Positions 63,051 to 64,000 of a DNA stretch of 64,000 nucleotides are shown here, one piece after another. Position numbers and translations under genes: made by a program. The stretch is from NCBI GenBank assembly GCA_009103225.1, contig RHPI01003788.1, positions 88,839 to 152,838 of the forward strand, given 5' to 3'. A model generated the notes under the pieces. The model did not search any database. It was not told the DNA's origin and saw nothing but the letters and a program-made list of their open reading frames with translations. How positions within the stretch are numbered: position 1 is the stretch's first letter; each line of letters begins with the position of its first letter. This stretch comes from Chlorokybus atmophyticus (lineage: Eukaryota > Plantae > Mesostigma and Chlorokybus algae).

Positions 63051-63703
63051 TGCAGGCTGCAGACTGCAGCTCTCGTTTTGACATGCACCTGATGCCGTGA
63101 GGGCGTTGGCGTTGGCGCCGGCGGTAGAGGACAAGAAGGAGGAGAAGGAGGTACTCACCTGCGCTCGAGGTCTGCGCTTTATCTGCTGGTGTGCAAAGGG
63201 TGGTTTGCCGAGTTGACTGGCTGCTTGACAGGTCAGCTTGCTGGACCATGCCGAATGTCAACTGGCTGTCCAATCAGCTATCCAATAGCACAGTCGACAC
63301 AACTTGATGATCATGCTAGCTGTCTTAACACCGAAGCTTGAATGCATGCTCCGATTGCTGCCGCAGCTGAGTGACGCCAGAGCAGCGGACCGTCACAGCT
63401 TGCTCTGAGCTGCAGCGGACAACTATTGCATGCAAGTCTAGTGCAGGCAGAGCAAAGGTGATTACGGCACGCATGTTGTGAGTTAATTTCGAATCCATGC
63501 TTTGGGTGTGAGCGGCTCTGTGCATGTGGTTGCCTGCGCACATGATGTTTGCATGGCATTGGAAACCGCTGCTAGCATGTCTGTCTTGTTGTCAGTATGC
63601 AGTGCACTACTTGATGATTATCAGATGACTGCATGATGACTATGCAGAGTCCAACTCTGAATCAGCTGTTGCAGGAGGCGTTACGTATATCTCCACCTTC
63701 TTC

Positions 63704-64000
63704 TTGCAAGTCATGGCGCTGGCTGCAACGACAAGCCTAAGCAGCACAGGGTGGATCACGAGAGTAAACTCTTTTATCTGTATTGCTCCTCATCATTGTC
63801 GCCGTGCTGCTGGCCCGTCATATGGGAGAGGTGGTAATAGAAGGAGAACTGCTTGCTGTTCTGGAGAAGGCAGCCGAAAAGATGAAGTTGACAGCGGAGA
63901 GGGTTAGTGTGTGTGCGCTCGCATCAACGTATACCGGCATGTGCGTGCATGTGTGCATTCGTACAAGCTCACGCATGTCAGAATTTGCGTATGTGGAGAT
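63704..64000 (+). other. Family-2 first conserved exon; gene continues beyond the window
   Basis: QVMALAATTSLSSTG..APHHCRRAAGPSY..RRRTACCSGEGSRKDEVDSG, homologous to 54310-54490. Confidence 0.6.

Noticed and set aside
6429-64000. CRISPR-like or short-period tandem array
   Set aside because: The repeats are kb-scale gene duplicates with introns; there is no regular repeat-spacer periodicity.

Overview
Eukaryotic, intron-containing, roughly 52% GC DNA, most likely from a streptophyte green alga (inferred from a plant-type SEP5/LHC-like gene and a plant-type tRNA-iMet primer-binding site). The first 4.5 kb hold two ordinary, tightly head-to-head genes: YRDC/SUA5 on the minus strand and a SEP5-like LHC-family gene on the plus strand. 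From about 6.4 kb to the window end lies a dense birth-and-death array of two uncharacterised multi-exon gene families. Family 1 has at least 12 whole or partial copies. Its conserved ~235-aa C-terminal domain (LWQLPAG..PCELEPDFN..FTGSPERAHAAAY..WTDAV..LPGA) resembles prokaryotic/phage DUF2786+DUF7168 proteins, an inference from motif recall. Family 2 has about 6 whole or partial copies, with a coiled coil followed by a domain resembling bacterial coiled-coil + PD-(D/E)XK-fold proteins (also inference). Copies sit mostly in divergent pairs around a shared GC-rich element. Three family-1-containing copies (B, J, L) keep fully open spliced frames, and J is an in-frame family-2/family-1 chimera. 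The array has been reshaped by a ~6 kb inverted duplication and by retroelements: an L1/Tx1 remnant, an RLE-type LINE remnant, a possible GIY-YIG remnant, and a complete chromodomain Ty3/gypsy (LTRs, PBS, PPT, 5-bp TSD) inserted into the PHD finger of an older Ty3/gypsy integrase. Assembly artefacts are likely near 13.1-13.8 kb and 20.3-20.7 kb. Exon models and percent identities were worked out by eye.
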